64,000 bases of DNA from Eledone cirrhosa (taxonomy: Eukaryota), in NCBI GenBank assembly GCA_964016885.1, contig OZ024743.1:10354001-10418000 (forward strand), read 5' to 3'. The translations under genes and the position numbers were made by a program. Shown in pieces: positions 12,447 to 24,974 of this stretch (within the stretch, counting starts at the first letter, position 1; every line of letters begins with the position of its first letter). The notes under the pieces are model-generated. The model saw nothing but the letters and a program-made list of their open reading frames with translations, was not told where the DNA came from and did not search any database.

Positions 12447-13750
12447 ATGTTGAATGCTGAAACAAACAAGATAACATTTAGTAATTAATTAATCCATTGT
12501 TTTACAATCATTTCAGAGAGCAAAACAAATCAAAATCGTATCAATATATTGACTAATGGAGAGTAGTTATGCAAATCAATACTACTAGCCTCAGCAAAAT
12601 ACACTCATTCTGTTATCCATCTTGAGAAACAATGGCTTAGGAATTTTTTTTAAAGGATACAAACAGTACAGCTTAAAAGGCACTTGAAACATCCAAGTTA
12701 AGAGTGTGTGGAGTAGCCAAATAAAGAATAAATAGTAAATATAAAATTTTAAAGATTTTGACCTTTTCATTTTTATTCATTTTACATGTATCTTGGTTAA
12801 TAACCATAAGAATATGATTGCAAATACAAGTTGCTGACATGGTTTACCTGGAGGGTCTTTGGAGTAACCTTACTTTCTTATATATACACACACACATATA
12901 CATCCATACCCACAGACCAACATATCTACTTATGCAGATATACCCACATCCAAGTTCATACCTATATAGCAAAACATGTACATAGATAAATGCAGAGGAA
13001 GAGAGAGAGAGAGATAGAGAGAGAAAGAGAGATAAAACGAATCATGTTAAATGTATAGATATACCAGGACACACATACCTATTTATAAACATACACAAGT
13101 ATTTACATACCTTCATGTATGATTATAAGAAATGATTATAAGGTAATGGGTTAATTAACTACATAACCTGGTCTTATTTATTTCATCGATCAACATTATA
13201 TATCTAACTCTAGTTTTTTAATACTCAATGACATGTAATTCAATAACAAATTTTGCTTTGCTTCAGTGGGATATTCACATCAACACTACATTGACTTCTA
13301 ATAGGGTTATAAGTCCTACCTTAAGTGAGTAGAATATTAATGAACATATATATGTGTCTGTGTGTTTGTATCAGTGTGTGTGTGTGTGTGTGTATGTATT
13401 CTCCTATTCAAATGCTAATCTTCACATCTTTTAAAGAAACAATTGTTTTCATTGCATGCCATATTTTGTATTTTGTTTTACATTTTAAAGTTTCCAAGAA
13501 ATTGTTGAGATAATAATTAAGTCATTGTACAAAGAATGATTGCAAACTTTACTGAGAATAAGATTTTGTTCTTCAATTTTACCAGTAGCTATGAGCGTTA
13601 AAGATAATTCTTGATCAAAGGATGACAACAGTGTACTTGATTTCAAGACTTCCACATATTTAACCACATACAGCTACAAGCTATCAGGTATCTATTCAAT
13701 CCATTGAGTAATCCCTGAATTAGAATTGACATAGAATACAGAGGAACAGT

Positions 13751-14150
13751 ATTAACACTTTTCAAACCAAACTACTTGAAACACCCTCCTCGCTGGTGCT
13801 ATAATTTTAAAAAATGCTTATTTTAAAGTGTTTATAATTATCTAAAAATCTTCCATCATCATTTTATATATGAAACTTTAAGTAATGTTCCAAACAATAG
13901 GTAAATAATTGTTTCTACTTTTGGCACAAGGCCAGCAATTATCCCAGTGCATTACTAGTACTTTATTTTATCGACCCTGTAAGGATGAAAAGCAAAGTTA
14001 ACCTCGGCAGGATTTGAACTCAGATTAGAAAGGTAAATAATGAAGAATATTTTTTATTTTACTAAATTCCTGTAAATTGTTGATTATTTTCAAAATGATT
14101 TGAAAGTTATAGGCAGTTTCTTTCATTAGAAATATGATAACAGAAGGGTT
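13751..14150 (+). mobile_element. Old TTAA-flanked MITE-like repeat interrupted by a SINE family 1 fragment (13908-14025, minus)
   Basis: Homologous to 33920-34536 and inversely to ~23130-23360. The SINE is flanked by the direct repeat AGGTAAATAAT. Confidence 0.5.
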
Positions 14151-15286
14151 TGCATGTTGAATGTAATAGCAAATATGTCAACAATAAAAACAAGTTTGGA
14201 TTTTTCAGATTGATAATTAATAATAATTCTTGTTTTGGCAAATGCAGCTGGAAATAATAATGTAATAATACAATAGGCTGTTTAAGTATTGATTTGTTAT
14301 TATGTATTTTTTTATCACTTGGTCAAGAGAAAGGGCATTGCCTGTAACACTTCACAGGGCCTGTAAGACTGAAATTATCCTCAAACTAGAGACCTGACTT
14401 CTGCCAATCTGCCATCTGCCAATACACTGAAGGCCAACTATTATTGAAAAAGATAATTCATTGATCTCATTTATTATATTATTACTGAGCCTCCAGCCAG
14501 TTTGAGCACTTGGCAGAGTGCAGGAATGTATGAAAGCAAGATAGAGGCCCCCAGTCCTTCTGAGATGTTAGTAGCTCTGCTCAAGTACTGACTCGGTCTC
14601 TAACAACCTGTCCAACTCTTGCTAGCAGGGTAAATAGATGTTAAATGATGATGATAGTTACAAGGATGATGATTTTATTGCTTTTGTGGAGAAGAAATTA
14701 TAGTTGGTGCCAATGAAATTAGAAATCACAATCTAAAGGACTGATACTAAATTTATAGTGAATTTAAAGCAATATTATATTGTTGCAGCTCTCTGTTGGT
14801 GCTTTACCCACATGGCCACATCAACAACTTGATATTGATTTATGTATAAGCATAAGTATTAATATATTGCAGGCTTCCTGGTGACGTGGTGGTCCAAAGA
14901 AAAAAAGATTTATATAATTGTATTCCATACAGAAAGAAATATAATTATCCAGGAATAAAAGTTTTCCCATTATGAATGGTGTTGCTAGTTTACCTAATCA
15001 GCTTCTGAAATAGATACAGTGTTTGGGGTTAATAGGCATTGCTTCAAGTTCCAAGGGAATAATTAATAATTAATTTCTTTGTTTTACATAGAACATCACA
15101 GTGTGTGCCAGTCTACATTTTATGTGTACACAGACACACACACACAGACACATTCTCACATATATATATATATATATACATACATATGTTTATGATATAC
15201 ATAAATACATGCATGTATATATATATATTTCGTTTCTGAATTTGTTTAGCAAGATTCTTTATCTGAAAACGTGTGTTGAAACCGAT

Positions 15287-16327
15287 ATTGTTATACTTTG
15301 GGAGGGTCATATCTTGTATAGGAGCAAATTTTGGAATAGAATAGAAAGAACTAGGAATAAAGTTAATAGAATAAACTCATGGTATGATAGCAATAAATAC
15401 CAGAGTGTAATGTTCATCAATACAACCTCTAGAGGTGAACTAGCTTACAAATTTAGCAGGGCCCTAGATAAACTTAAACTAAATATTAAAATAGTGTAAA
15501 GACCAGGTACCTCCATAAAAACACTTATTAGTAATACATACCCTTTTCAAAGACCTTCCTGTATAGATAAGAAATGCATAATCTGTTAACTAAGCCCCCA
15601 TATTAACTGCAAAACTAAAAACATAGTATATAGCATAAGGTGTACTGAGGGACAATGTAAAGATAAGAATATAATGTACATAGGTGAGACAGCTCGTAGT
15701 ATAGGAGAACGATTAAATGAACACTGGTGAGAGCTTCAAGATAGAAAAGACTCATCAGTACTCCACCAACATGCTAAAATAGAACATAAGGGCAAATTAG
15801 AGAACCTAGAAATAAAAATAAAATCTACACACAGAAAAGATGCAATGTTTAGACAAATCACAGAGGCAATAAACATAAATGAACTCCAACCAAAATTAAA
15901 TAGAAAACATGAATGGAATAGCAGCATCACAACTTACAATTAAGGACAAAATGAAAACACACACACATAGAACAAACAACCAACTAGTAACATGTAAATA
16001 AACAAATAAATAAACAAATAAAAACACACACAGACACTCGGATGTAACACATGTGCAAACTAAGCACACGACACACACAAAAACAAGATGGCATAGGAGA
16101 GGCACAAAACAAAGAAAAGAATCCCCGGTCACTGATGATGTCACAGAATGTGTGACGAAAGAACTTTGACAATATATGGACAACCGTCCGGTTTTGGAAC
16201 CAACCAACCAACTGGAAATTTCTAAATTTTTTTTTAAATTTATAATTTAATTTATAATAAATTGGAGTGAAAGTAACTGGTGCATGTGTTTCTTATTGGC
16301 AACATGACCCTCCCAAAATATAACAAT
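15287..16327 (+). mobile_element. Degenerate Penelope-like element (Neptune-like Cys linker plus GIY-YIG) with inverted 5' terminal copy
   Basis: Read through stops: CIDKKCIIC..NCKTKNIVYSIRC..MYIGETARSIGERLNEH..RQITEAINI..LNRKHEW. 15287-15310 is the reverse complement of 16304-16327. Confidence 0.82.
16128..16170 (+). ncRNA. Minimal type I hammerhead ribozyme in PLE 3' region
   Basis: Stem I GTCA/TGAC, CTGATGA, stem II GTCACA/TGTGAC, GAAA, vestigial stem III GAAC, TT. Confidence 0.7.
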
Positions 16328-16648
16328 ATATATATATACATATATATATATATATGAGAAAATATAGAAATCTCAAACAGAAAATAAATGTAGTCACAAT
16401 CATTTGCTAAAAATAATAGCTTAGAAAATCATGTAAAGTGCCCCTATAGATGGAAAAAGTTTTCAGCAGCTGCTACAAAGAATCAAAAGTCTAAAGCTCT
16501 CAAATTCCAGCTGAGTGCTCTTAACCATTGAGTGAAACAGCCCTTGATAACAACTTCCATTGAAATAGAAGGCTGGTTACAGTTATTTTCTGCATTTGAG
16601 ATTTCTAGATTTTCTAAGAAATTCAATCTACTCAATAGTTTACCTTCA

Positions 16649-16701
<53 letters not shown>

Positions 16702-16758
16702 TAAATGGAAAATAACAAAGCAAACTGCTTATATGTATATAATAATAATAATAATAAT

Positions 16759-16962
16759 GATTTCTAGTATAGGCACAAGGCCAGTAATTTGTGGGGAGGG
16801 GAAAGTCGATTAAATCGATCCCAGTGCGTAACTGGTACTTTATTTTATCGACCCCATAAGGATGAAAGGCAAAGTTAACCTCGGCAGGATTTGAACTCAG
16901 ACCGTAAAAGGCCGAAACTTGATGCTGCAAGGCATGGCGTCCAACCCTCTATCAATACTGCC
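16759..16962 (-). mobile_element. SINE family 1
   Basis: B-box-like GAGTTCAAATCC on minus strand, family core, (ATT)n tail. Confidence 0.8.
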
Positions 16963-17589
16963 ATAATAATGATAAAAAGGACGATTTGTTATGTCTTCAT
17001 TACGTTTATTGGTCAGTTCAAGGTGCAATCTGTGTCAATTTAGCCTGATTCTGGTATCGAAAGCTTGTCGGACCCCTGTTGTGGTAATGGCATTATTAGT
17101 ATTACACTCTGCTTAGTACTAAACCGCTATACTTACTGGAAACTACGCATCGAGTGCTCACTCTGGTGAATCTACAGTAACTGGATGTTACAATCCCTAT
17201 ATATATGAAGGCTGCAAACTCTGCTAAGAGTATTGCAATCACTTGTCAGATTATAAATTTTTGTGCACTTTTAGGCTATTGCCAGCCACACAAATCTGTA
17301 ACATATCCTGAACAAGCAATGCCTTTGGAGGTTTTTAAGTGGAGAAAACCCTTGCACTCGACCAATCCCACTCTCTGAGCATCAAAAACACTACCCTAAA
17401 AGGAGAACTAGTCAACATCATCAGATGCTTACGAAGCCGCAGGTTTTTTTTCAGAGTTTCCCTCTCCTAGAAAGGTGTTGTGACAACAACTGGGAGCCTT
17501 TCACTCCCAGGTGAAAAAAAACAAAAACATACATACATATATATATAGGAAAATAATCAGGATCCTGGCAGCTGAGTTCCAGCCGTACA

Positions 17590-18000
17590 TACATACATAT
17601 CATCATCACTACTGTTTTATGTCTGTCTTTCAATGTTTGCATGGATTGGATGCGTCTTTTCCAGCTTCCTTCCAATGAGACCGCTTGGCACTTTATTCAA
17701 TGATCATTATCTGTAAGCATCATATGGCCATACCAGTGCAGTCTTTTCTCCTGCATGCTACATCTGAATCCTCAACTCCTCCATGCTTTAAATTTCAAGT
17801 ATACTAACATTACACATCCACCAGAGCATGCTCAATTTAATTCTGTCCAGTCTTTGCATATTCTCTGCTCTCTGCACTCATGTTTCACTACCATGCAGGC
17901 ATCATAAACCTACATTTCATTCAAAGAGAAAATCTCATTATTGTCAACAGTGGCAGGAGCTCTCTGAACGTTTTCCATCCTGTTCTTATAGTTATTATGC
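17590..18000 (-). mobile_element. Ancient RTE 3' remnant
   Basis: Degenerate matches to LHGSETW / LERNEASMLRWMC / RLRWYGH coding sequence and to the tail motif. Confidence 0.55.
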
Positions 18001-18110
18001 TTTGAGAACAAGCTCCTCTATCAGTTAAGTGATATAAATGGCTGATTTAATATCTAGAGCTTTTCAGTTTGTCAAAGCCTGCAGTGTTTAATTTACATTA
18101 TAGTATAGAG

Positions 18111-18303
18111 TGGCAGTGGATTGGAGGTATCAGTAGAGCATGAGATACCATGCTTTGCAGCATAGAGTTATGGCCCTTTAGGTCTTGGATTCAAATCCTG
18201 CCAAGGTTAATTTTGCCTTTCATTCTTACGGGGTCGATAAAATAAAGTACCAGTAATGCACTGGGATAATTACTAACCTTGTGTCAAAAGTAGAAACAAT
18301 TAT
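18111..18303 (+). mobile_element. SINE family 1, near full length
   Basis: GGCAGTGGATTGG start, GGATTCAAATCC B-box, family core. Confidence 0.8.
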
Positions 18304-19443
18304 AGTATAGAGTGGTTTTACTGACAATATTCCTTGTTATTGGAGAATATTCAGATCCTTGGACCTTGAGCTTTCAAAGGAACTTCTTGCAATTTTTTTT
18401 ATTTTTTATTTTACTTTCTTACTTCCTCTCTTTCCTCCTCTCTCTATGTGTGTGTGTGTTTGAATATATATTTATATTCTTACACACTCATTCAAATACA
18501 CAAACATGCACACATACACACACTCATATCTATGAGGGCAATAACTTTGAATAAGAACTGACTCAGACCACAGCAACCTGCCTGCCTGGCCTATGTCTGT
18601 ATGGAAGACCAAACTTAAAAGTATGATGATGAGGTTGATGATTGTATTGAACCTGATGATATTGATGTATACTTCCTTTACATTAGAGTAGTTTGCTTGA
18701 ATGTATAACTATGGCTGTTTATATTGAATATATCTTTGAATGTATAATAGACTTATTCCTTGATATATGAGGAATGCATTCTCACTTCATTGTTTCAACA
18801 GACAAGTGTGATACATATAATTCATTTACATTTATTTTTTATTTTATTTTTAATTTTATTTTTCATATATATATACTCACTATTTTTAATAATTTGGTTA
18901 AGTCTTCAAACTTTTCTTCTCATATAAAACTTGGAGTTTGATAGAAGCTGCACATTTTGTAATTGGAATTGTATATAATATTATAGCATTATTCTTTCTT
19001 CTTCTGTCCATTCATTCTTAGCACATATGGTCTGTCTATATCTGAATTCCATTGCTTTTCACATGCAGGTGTGTCTCCATTTTGATATAACATAATATAA
19101 TCTTAAAATCTCTATGGCTTCCAAGTTTGATTTATTTGTATTTTAGTTTTTATGGGACAGTTAAATGTACAAAAATTGTTTTTAGTATTCTGTTCATTTA
19201 AAAAAGAAATTATTTATAGACGTTAACCAACCTGTTGAATAAAAGTAGCTGATTATCAGATAAGATGAAGAAAACTATTTTTCCATAAGTCTTACCATTG
19301 TTGATATTATCTGCTGGTCACAACTCTTAGCAGCAAACTGAGTCATTAGAGCATCAAATTAAAGGCCTCAGTATTTGTTCCGCTCTCTGTGCTCTGAGTC
19401 AAAATCCTATCAATGTTAAGTTTCCCTTTCAACCTTTCATGGT

Positions 19444-19503
19444 TAATAATTAAAGTACTGGTCTAATAATTAAAGTACTGGTCTAATAATTAAAGTACTG
19501 GTC
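19444..19503 (+). repeat. 20-bp tandem repeat x3 within an old SINE tail
   Basis: TAATAATTAAAGTACTGGTC repeated three times. Confidence 0.85.
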
Positions 19504-21726
19504 AGTGTATTGTCAAATATGCTAGAGTTTGAAGAGGATACTTTGCAGCATCTGTTCTAGCTCTGTTTAAATTAGGTTCAAATTCCACCTCCTGAAACTG
19601 GAAAAATGTCATGCTTCTGTCACGAGTTGCAACTGGCAGATAGTATCAGAAATTAAATGGTCAACATAGTTTCCAGAAAGATGTAATGTGTTTTCAATTT
19701 CATTTACTATTTATTTCAATAAAATTTTATTTTAAGTGTTATTTGTCATTGTTATACTCAACTTTGTAGTACACATCTCATATGAATATATCTTTCAAGG
19801 GTAATATACATACACTCACTACAAGCTTTAGAACAATAGAAGTTTCTCAGAACCAGTAATTAATACAAAGTTGTTTTATCACACTTGTGATTGGTTGTAT
19901 GCCTTAACCAATCTATAGTGATAGGCAATCTTTAATTGTAATATCAGAAATTAACAGTGGATCTATACTCGCTGTATTTGTTGGTAAACATGAATACAAT
20001 AATGTCAGCAGCCTTGTTTACAATTGAGTTGTTAAAACAAATGTATTGAAGATTCAGAAAACACTACAAATAGGAATCAAAACAAGTTTTATAGATTTCT
20101 CATTTAAAAAATACAATTAATTCCAAATTTAAAATAACAAAGTTATTTCAAGTAACCTTTAAATTACTACAACTCAGCACTTCTCCTTATTATTTATGTA
20201 TTTATTTTAAATATTTATTTATACATCTATCTATTTATTTCTGTAATTAGTATTTGCAATCTAATCATTCTTCTCTATTCTCTGTTTACCTCTTAATGCA
20301 ACATATACTTTACTAGCGGATGTTCTATATGAGACCATAAAAGATATGGTGGATGGCAAGTAGACAAGATGAGAAAAGAGAAATATAACCCACGCTAGCA
20401 TGGAAAATGGACGTTAAACAATGATAATGATGATAATGATGATGATAGAGGAGAATGAGAGATGGAAAATGTTGGAGGGAGTTGATAAGCAATTAAGATA
20501 AAGAATAATCTCAAGAAGTATTAGAAATTATCAAAAACCACAAGACACTTGGAAACAATAGTCTATATACATCCTATTCTTAAAATCATAAATTTAAATA
20601 ATTTTCTCCCTAACTTTCTGACACACATTGTTTCCAACTTGATTTTTCAATTTTTTATGATAGCCCATTTATTTTCGTTTATACAATGTCTGCATTTTGT
20701 TTTCTGTTATTTAGTTTCATTATAGAATAACAATAAAATAAAATTAAATAATGTTTTTTCAAAATTAAGAAAATAGTTCAGCAACTTCATATTTAGTTTA
20801 TTTGTATATTTTAGTTTTTGGGGTATTTTCTCTCTCCAATTAAGATCAAAATGAATAAAACCAATTAGTTTTGTAGCAAAATTTTGAAAATACATTGTAA
20901 GATTGGTCATAAAGTTTAATTAAAAGAACTTGGAAGCTGCCAGCTTGTGCAGACATTTCTCAATCACCAACTCAAAACAACAGTATTTAATCCGCCCGAC
21001 AAATTACTACTGTGGAAGGAATATTATGTTCAGCATGAACTGAGACAATTAGAAACTATAGTTTCTGACAGTAATTTTATTTTTGTTTTATATTTATTAA
21101 CGTCGATGGTGGTGTAACTTGAGGGCATGAGTTAATGTATATTTCCACCTACTCTCCATTTAAAATGGGTAGTTTTGATACATAGGATGTGATTCTATTT
21201 CTTGTGTTCAATCAACTATTGAGTAGGATTCATCTGTGAATAAATGTCTATTGAATTTGCATTTTTTTGTTTATCATTGACTTTTGAAGCATCAAAGTCA
21301 TAATGATGTGAACAATGCAACATCAACAAAAAGAGAAAAGAAATCACATATATTCAGTTTCTTTGTTTCTTATAGCCTCTAACAATATTAGTGAAAGAGA
21401 AACATAATTAAAAACACATGATTAGACAGAGAATGATAATTCAATATATATATATATATTTGTGTGTGTGTGTGTACTGTAACACTAATACAGCCTGATT
21501 CAGAATAGAGATATATACATGAACATATACAATATGTTTATGTATAATAAGTATACTTTCTAGTCATATTTTAAGCTACCTCAGCAACAATGTAAGAACA
21601 CTATATACATATATTTCAGAACTATTAATCCATCCCAAATGACAATTGTTTCCTCAATACTAAGGCACAGAAGATTAGAACATTGTATATATAAATTTTG
21701 TAAATAAACCATTTTGGCTTATATGC

Positions 21727-21915
21727 ATACAAGGTTTGTCTAAAAAAGTATCTGCCATTTTGCTGGGGAAAGAAATGCCTATACATTGGAATTCAATTGA
21801 TAGTCGCCTTCAAAGTAGGCTCCTTGTCCACAGACTTATTCCACGCATCTTTCCACTTTTTGAAGCACAACTGGAATGCTGTTTACAGAATGGATCGCAG
21901 CTTTGTTGTCACTGT
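21727..21915. mobile_element. Possible mariner terminal remnant
   Basis: TACAAGGTTTGTCTAAAAAAGTATC resembles mariner termini; followed by CCTTCAAAGTA and a transposase-end-like sequence on the minus strand. Confidence 0.35.
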
Positions 21916-23524
21916 CTGCATAAACAGAACATTTTAGGTGAATGTTGGGCTACATTATTCAATGTATACATCTATTTCCCAAGACAATAGGGTGTAATTT
22001 GAGGCATATTTGGCTGTTATTTCTGGCATGTCAACTGACCATGTAGTAGCTCCTTTATTGATGAGTTATATCATGTTGAACATGAATCTAACTAGCAATC
22101 AATTTATGTTCCGAGTTCAAATGCTGCTGAGATTGTATTTGACTTTCATTCCTCTAGACACTAATAAAATAAGAATCAAACAGGTTAATTCAGTTAACTA
22201 ATACAAAACTCTAAAACTATGTGACCTAGCAAAGCTAGAAATCACTGTAGTTTTTGTTGTTACTGTTGTTGTTGGTTGGTGGTGGTGTTAGGGTTTAGCT
22301 TCTAGTTAACTCCATTTGAACAGATCTAAGATAGAAATAATTTCAGCTGTAAATCAACTCATCTTTCTAGGAATACATATCACTATCCTTATTTAATGCA
22401 CCCTGTTCTTATATGAGAGAGTAGGGAACTTGATGTTATTTTTTAGCCCCAAGTCAACTTTGATCATGTAGATCTATGATCAGAAGACATACCATCCTTC
22501 CTTCATTTGTTTTTCAGATACATTATATCTATAACCACATTATTCAATATATCAATTATCTAGTTGCTAGGGTGTGATTTAAGGGAGATTTAGATTAGGT
22601 GATGATTAAAAAGCTTCCTCATTGGCTAAAAGCTATCTCATCCATGACCACATCTGTTTTAGTGATATCTTGGAATACATTATCTAATGTGTTTTTTTTA
22701 TTTTTTATGATGGCAGGATATCATTTGAGGGAGATTTATAGAAGTTTGAGCAATCACGGAGAGTCTACTTCATTGGCTTATAGTTGTTGTTATCTCCAAT
22801 GTGGGGAACTATTACTAATTACTTAATAGTGGTGAAAGTAACATCAAAATACAATCTAGCACACCATCAGGCAAGCTAAGATACATTTATTTTAATGAAT
22901 AACATATGTTTCTATTTGGCATCCTAACTAGAATTAAAATCACACTGACATCTGACAATGGTTTTAACATTTTAAAAACTACTACGTTTGTGCCATGCTG
23001 CAAAGGACATATTTTGTGAATTTCATTCTACAACAAAACTGCATGCATATTAAACATACAGGTATGCTTTGATGAGCATGAACAGCACAAATAGAGAATG
23101 TAGGCCCTTTCATTACACTATTTTGACTATAACAGACTGCATATAACTTTCAAATAATTTTGAAAATAACAATTTGAAAGGATTTAGTAACATAACTAAA
23201 TTTCTCATGATAAAGCTGGTCTTTCGAGCCCAGCTTAGCAATGGTTCTTATATAAAATTATGATGAAAGGGTTTTAGATAAAAATAAATACTTTAAAATA
23301 AACAGTTTTGTATTGTAGAACCAGAGGCAGTCTCAGGTGGTTTGGTATCAAAATAGTTAATCCCAGACTAAATGGCATGCTTCATGATCTTGGGTTTTAT
23401 TCCATTGTAGCACACTTTAGGCAAGTAACTTCTACAATAGCTTTAGGCCAACTAATGCCTTATAAGTAGATTTTAGTAGACAGAAACTCTAAAGAAGCCC
23501 ATTATATATATATACATATATATA

Positions 23525-24540
23525 TAAACGGAAAAAATGAAACGAAATTTCATTTCCCACTCTTAGTACGGCTGTTACTTAAATATAAGTATGTATACGT
23601 ACATACATATATGTATACAGACGTACAGTAGTATGTATATATATATACATACATGCACACATATATATATGTACGTATGGATTCACCGAACATTTATTAT
23701 AACGCTCGGTGTGTTTGTAAACAAACATCCCGTATTAAGCCGTATTCTAGCAACCATCGTTGCTCGTTTGTTCAACACTGACAAAGGAACGCTTATTAGC
23801 TATCGTCAGCAACGTATACCTTCCTGCCAGATTGTTGAACGTATATACTTACCTTATCCATATTAACGGCTGAGTACGTGTACATACTTATATTTAAGTA
23901 ACAGCCGTACTAAGAGTGGGAAATGAAATTTCGTTGAACAAACGAGCAACGATGGTTGCTAGACACTACGGCTTAATACGGGATGTTTGTTTACAAACAC
24001 ACCGAGCGTTATAATAAATGTTCGGTGAATCCATACGTACATATATATATATGTGTGCATGTATGTATATATATATACATACTATTGTACGTCTGTATAC
24101 ATATATGTATGTACGTGTACATACTTATATTTAAGTAACAGCCGTACTAAGAGTGGGAAATGAAATTTCGTTTCATTTTTTCCGTTTATCGTTTTCGGTG
24201 TACCCGGCCGATTAACCCACTCGATATGCAAATTGGGCTACTCAGCCGTTAATATGCATAAGGTAAGTATATACGTTCAACAATCTGGCAGGAAGGTATA
24301 CGTTGCTGACGATAGCTAATAAGCTTGAAACTAGTACAGCGTTCCTTTGTCAGTGTTGAACAAATGAGCAACGATGGTTGCTAGACACTACGGCTTAATA
24401 CGGGATGTTTGTTTACAAACACACCGAGCGTTATAATAAATGTTCGGTGAATCCATACGTAAATATATATATGTGTGCATGTATGTATATATACATACTA
24501 CTGTACGTCTGTATACATATATGTATGTACGTGTACATAC
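23525..24540 (+). mobile_element. ORF-less, hammerhead-containing ~420-nt repeat unit in inverted plus tandem arrangement (PLE pLTR or retrozyme-like)
   Basis: 23525-23875 is an inverted partial copy. Direct copies restart at ~23932 and ~24355. Flanked by (TA)n. Confidence 0.75.
24301..24341 (+). ncRNA. Minimal type I hammerhead ribozyme
   Basis: Stem I CGTTG/CAGCG, CTGACGA, stem II AGCT-AATA-AGCT, GAAA, palindromic CTAG, TA (GUA site). Confidence 0.8.
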
Positions 24541-24629
24541 ATATACATATATATATATATATGTTTATCTGTGTGTGTGTGTGTGTTTATTCTTCCCTTT
24601 TCCTCACATTTGACATGGCATTGTGTTTA

Positions 24630-24974
24630 TCATCATCATCATCATCATCATTTTACGTCCGCTTTTCCCTGCTTGCAAGGGTGGGACGGGAACTGATCCT
24701 GGCTTGATTTCTACAGCTGGATGCCCTTCCTAACACCAACCTCATTTACAGTGAGTGCTGGGTGCTTTTTTGCCGTGGCACCTCCACGACCACTTTGCAG
24801 TGGAATGATAGGGAACCCAGTCCCTATCATCTCATTTCTACAGCTGAGTAAACTGGAGCAATGTGAAATAAAGTGTCTTGCTCAAGGAAACAACACATCA
24901 CCGGGTGTGAGAATTGAACTCACAACCTTTCGATTGCAAGGCCAATGCTCTAACTACTAAGCCATGTGCCTCCA
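24630..24974 (-). mobile_element. Full-length tRNA/CORE-type SINE (family 2) with RTE-derived tail
   Basis: A-box TGGCTTAGTAG, B-box GAGTTCAATTC, CORE-like CCTTGAGCAAGACACTT...CAGTTTACTCAGCTGTAGAAATGAG, RTE 3' sequence, (GAT)n tail. Confidence 0.85.

Noticed and set aside
17040-17075. CTGAT...CGAAAGCTTGTC hammerhead-like motif
   Set aside because: Core incomplete and no stem I.
24880-24974. tRNA gene
   Set aside because: A/B boxes belong to a SINE head continuous with CORE and LINE-derived tail; no full cloverleaf.
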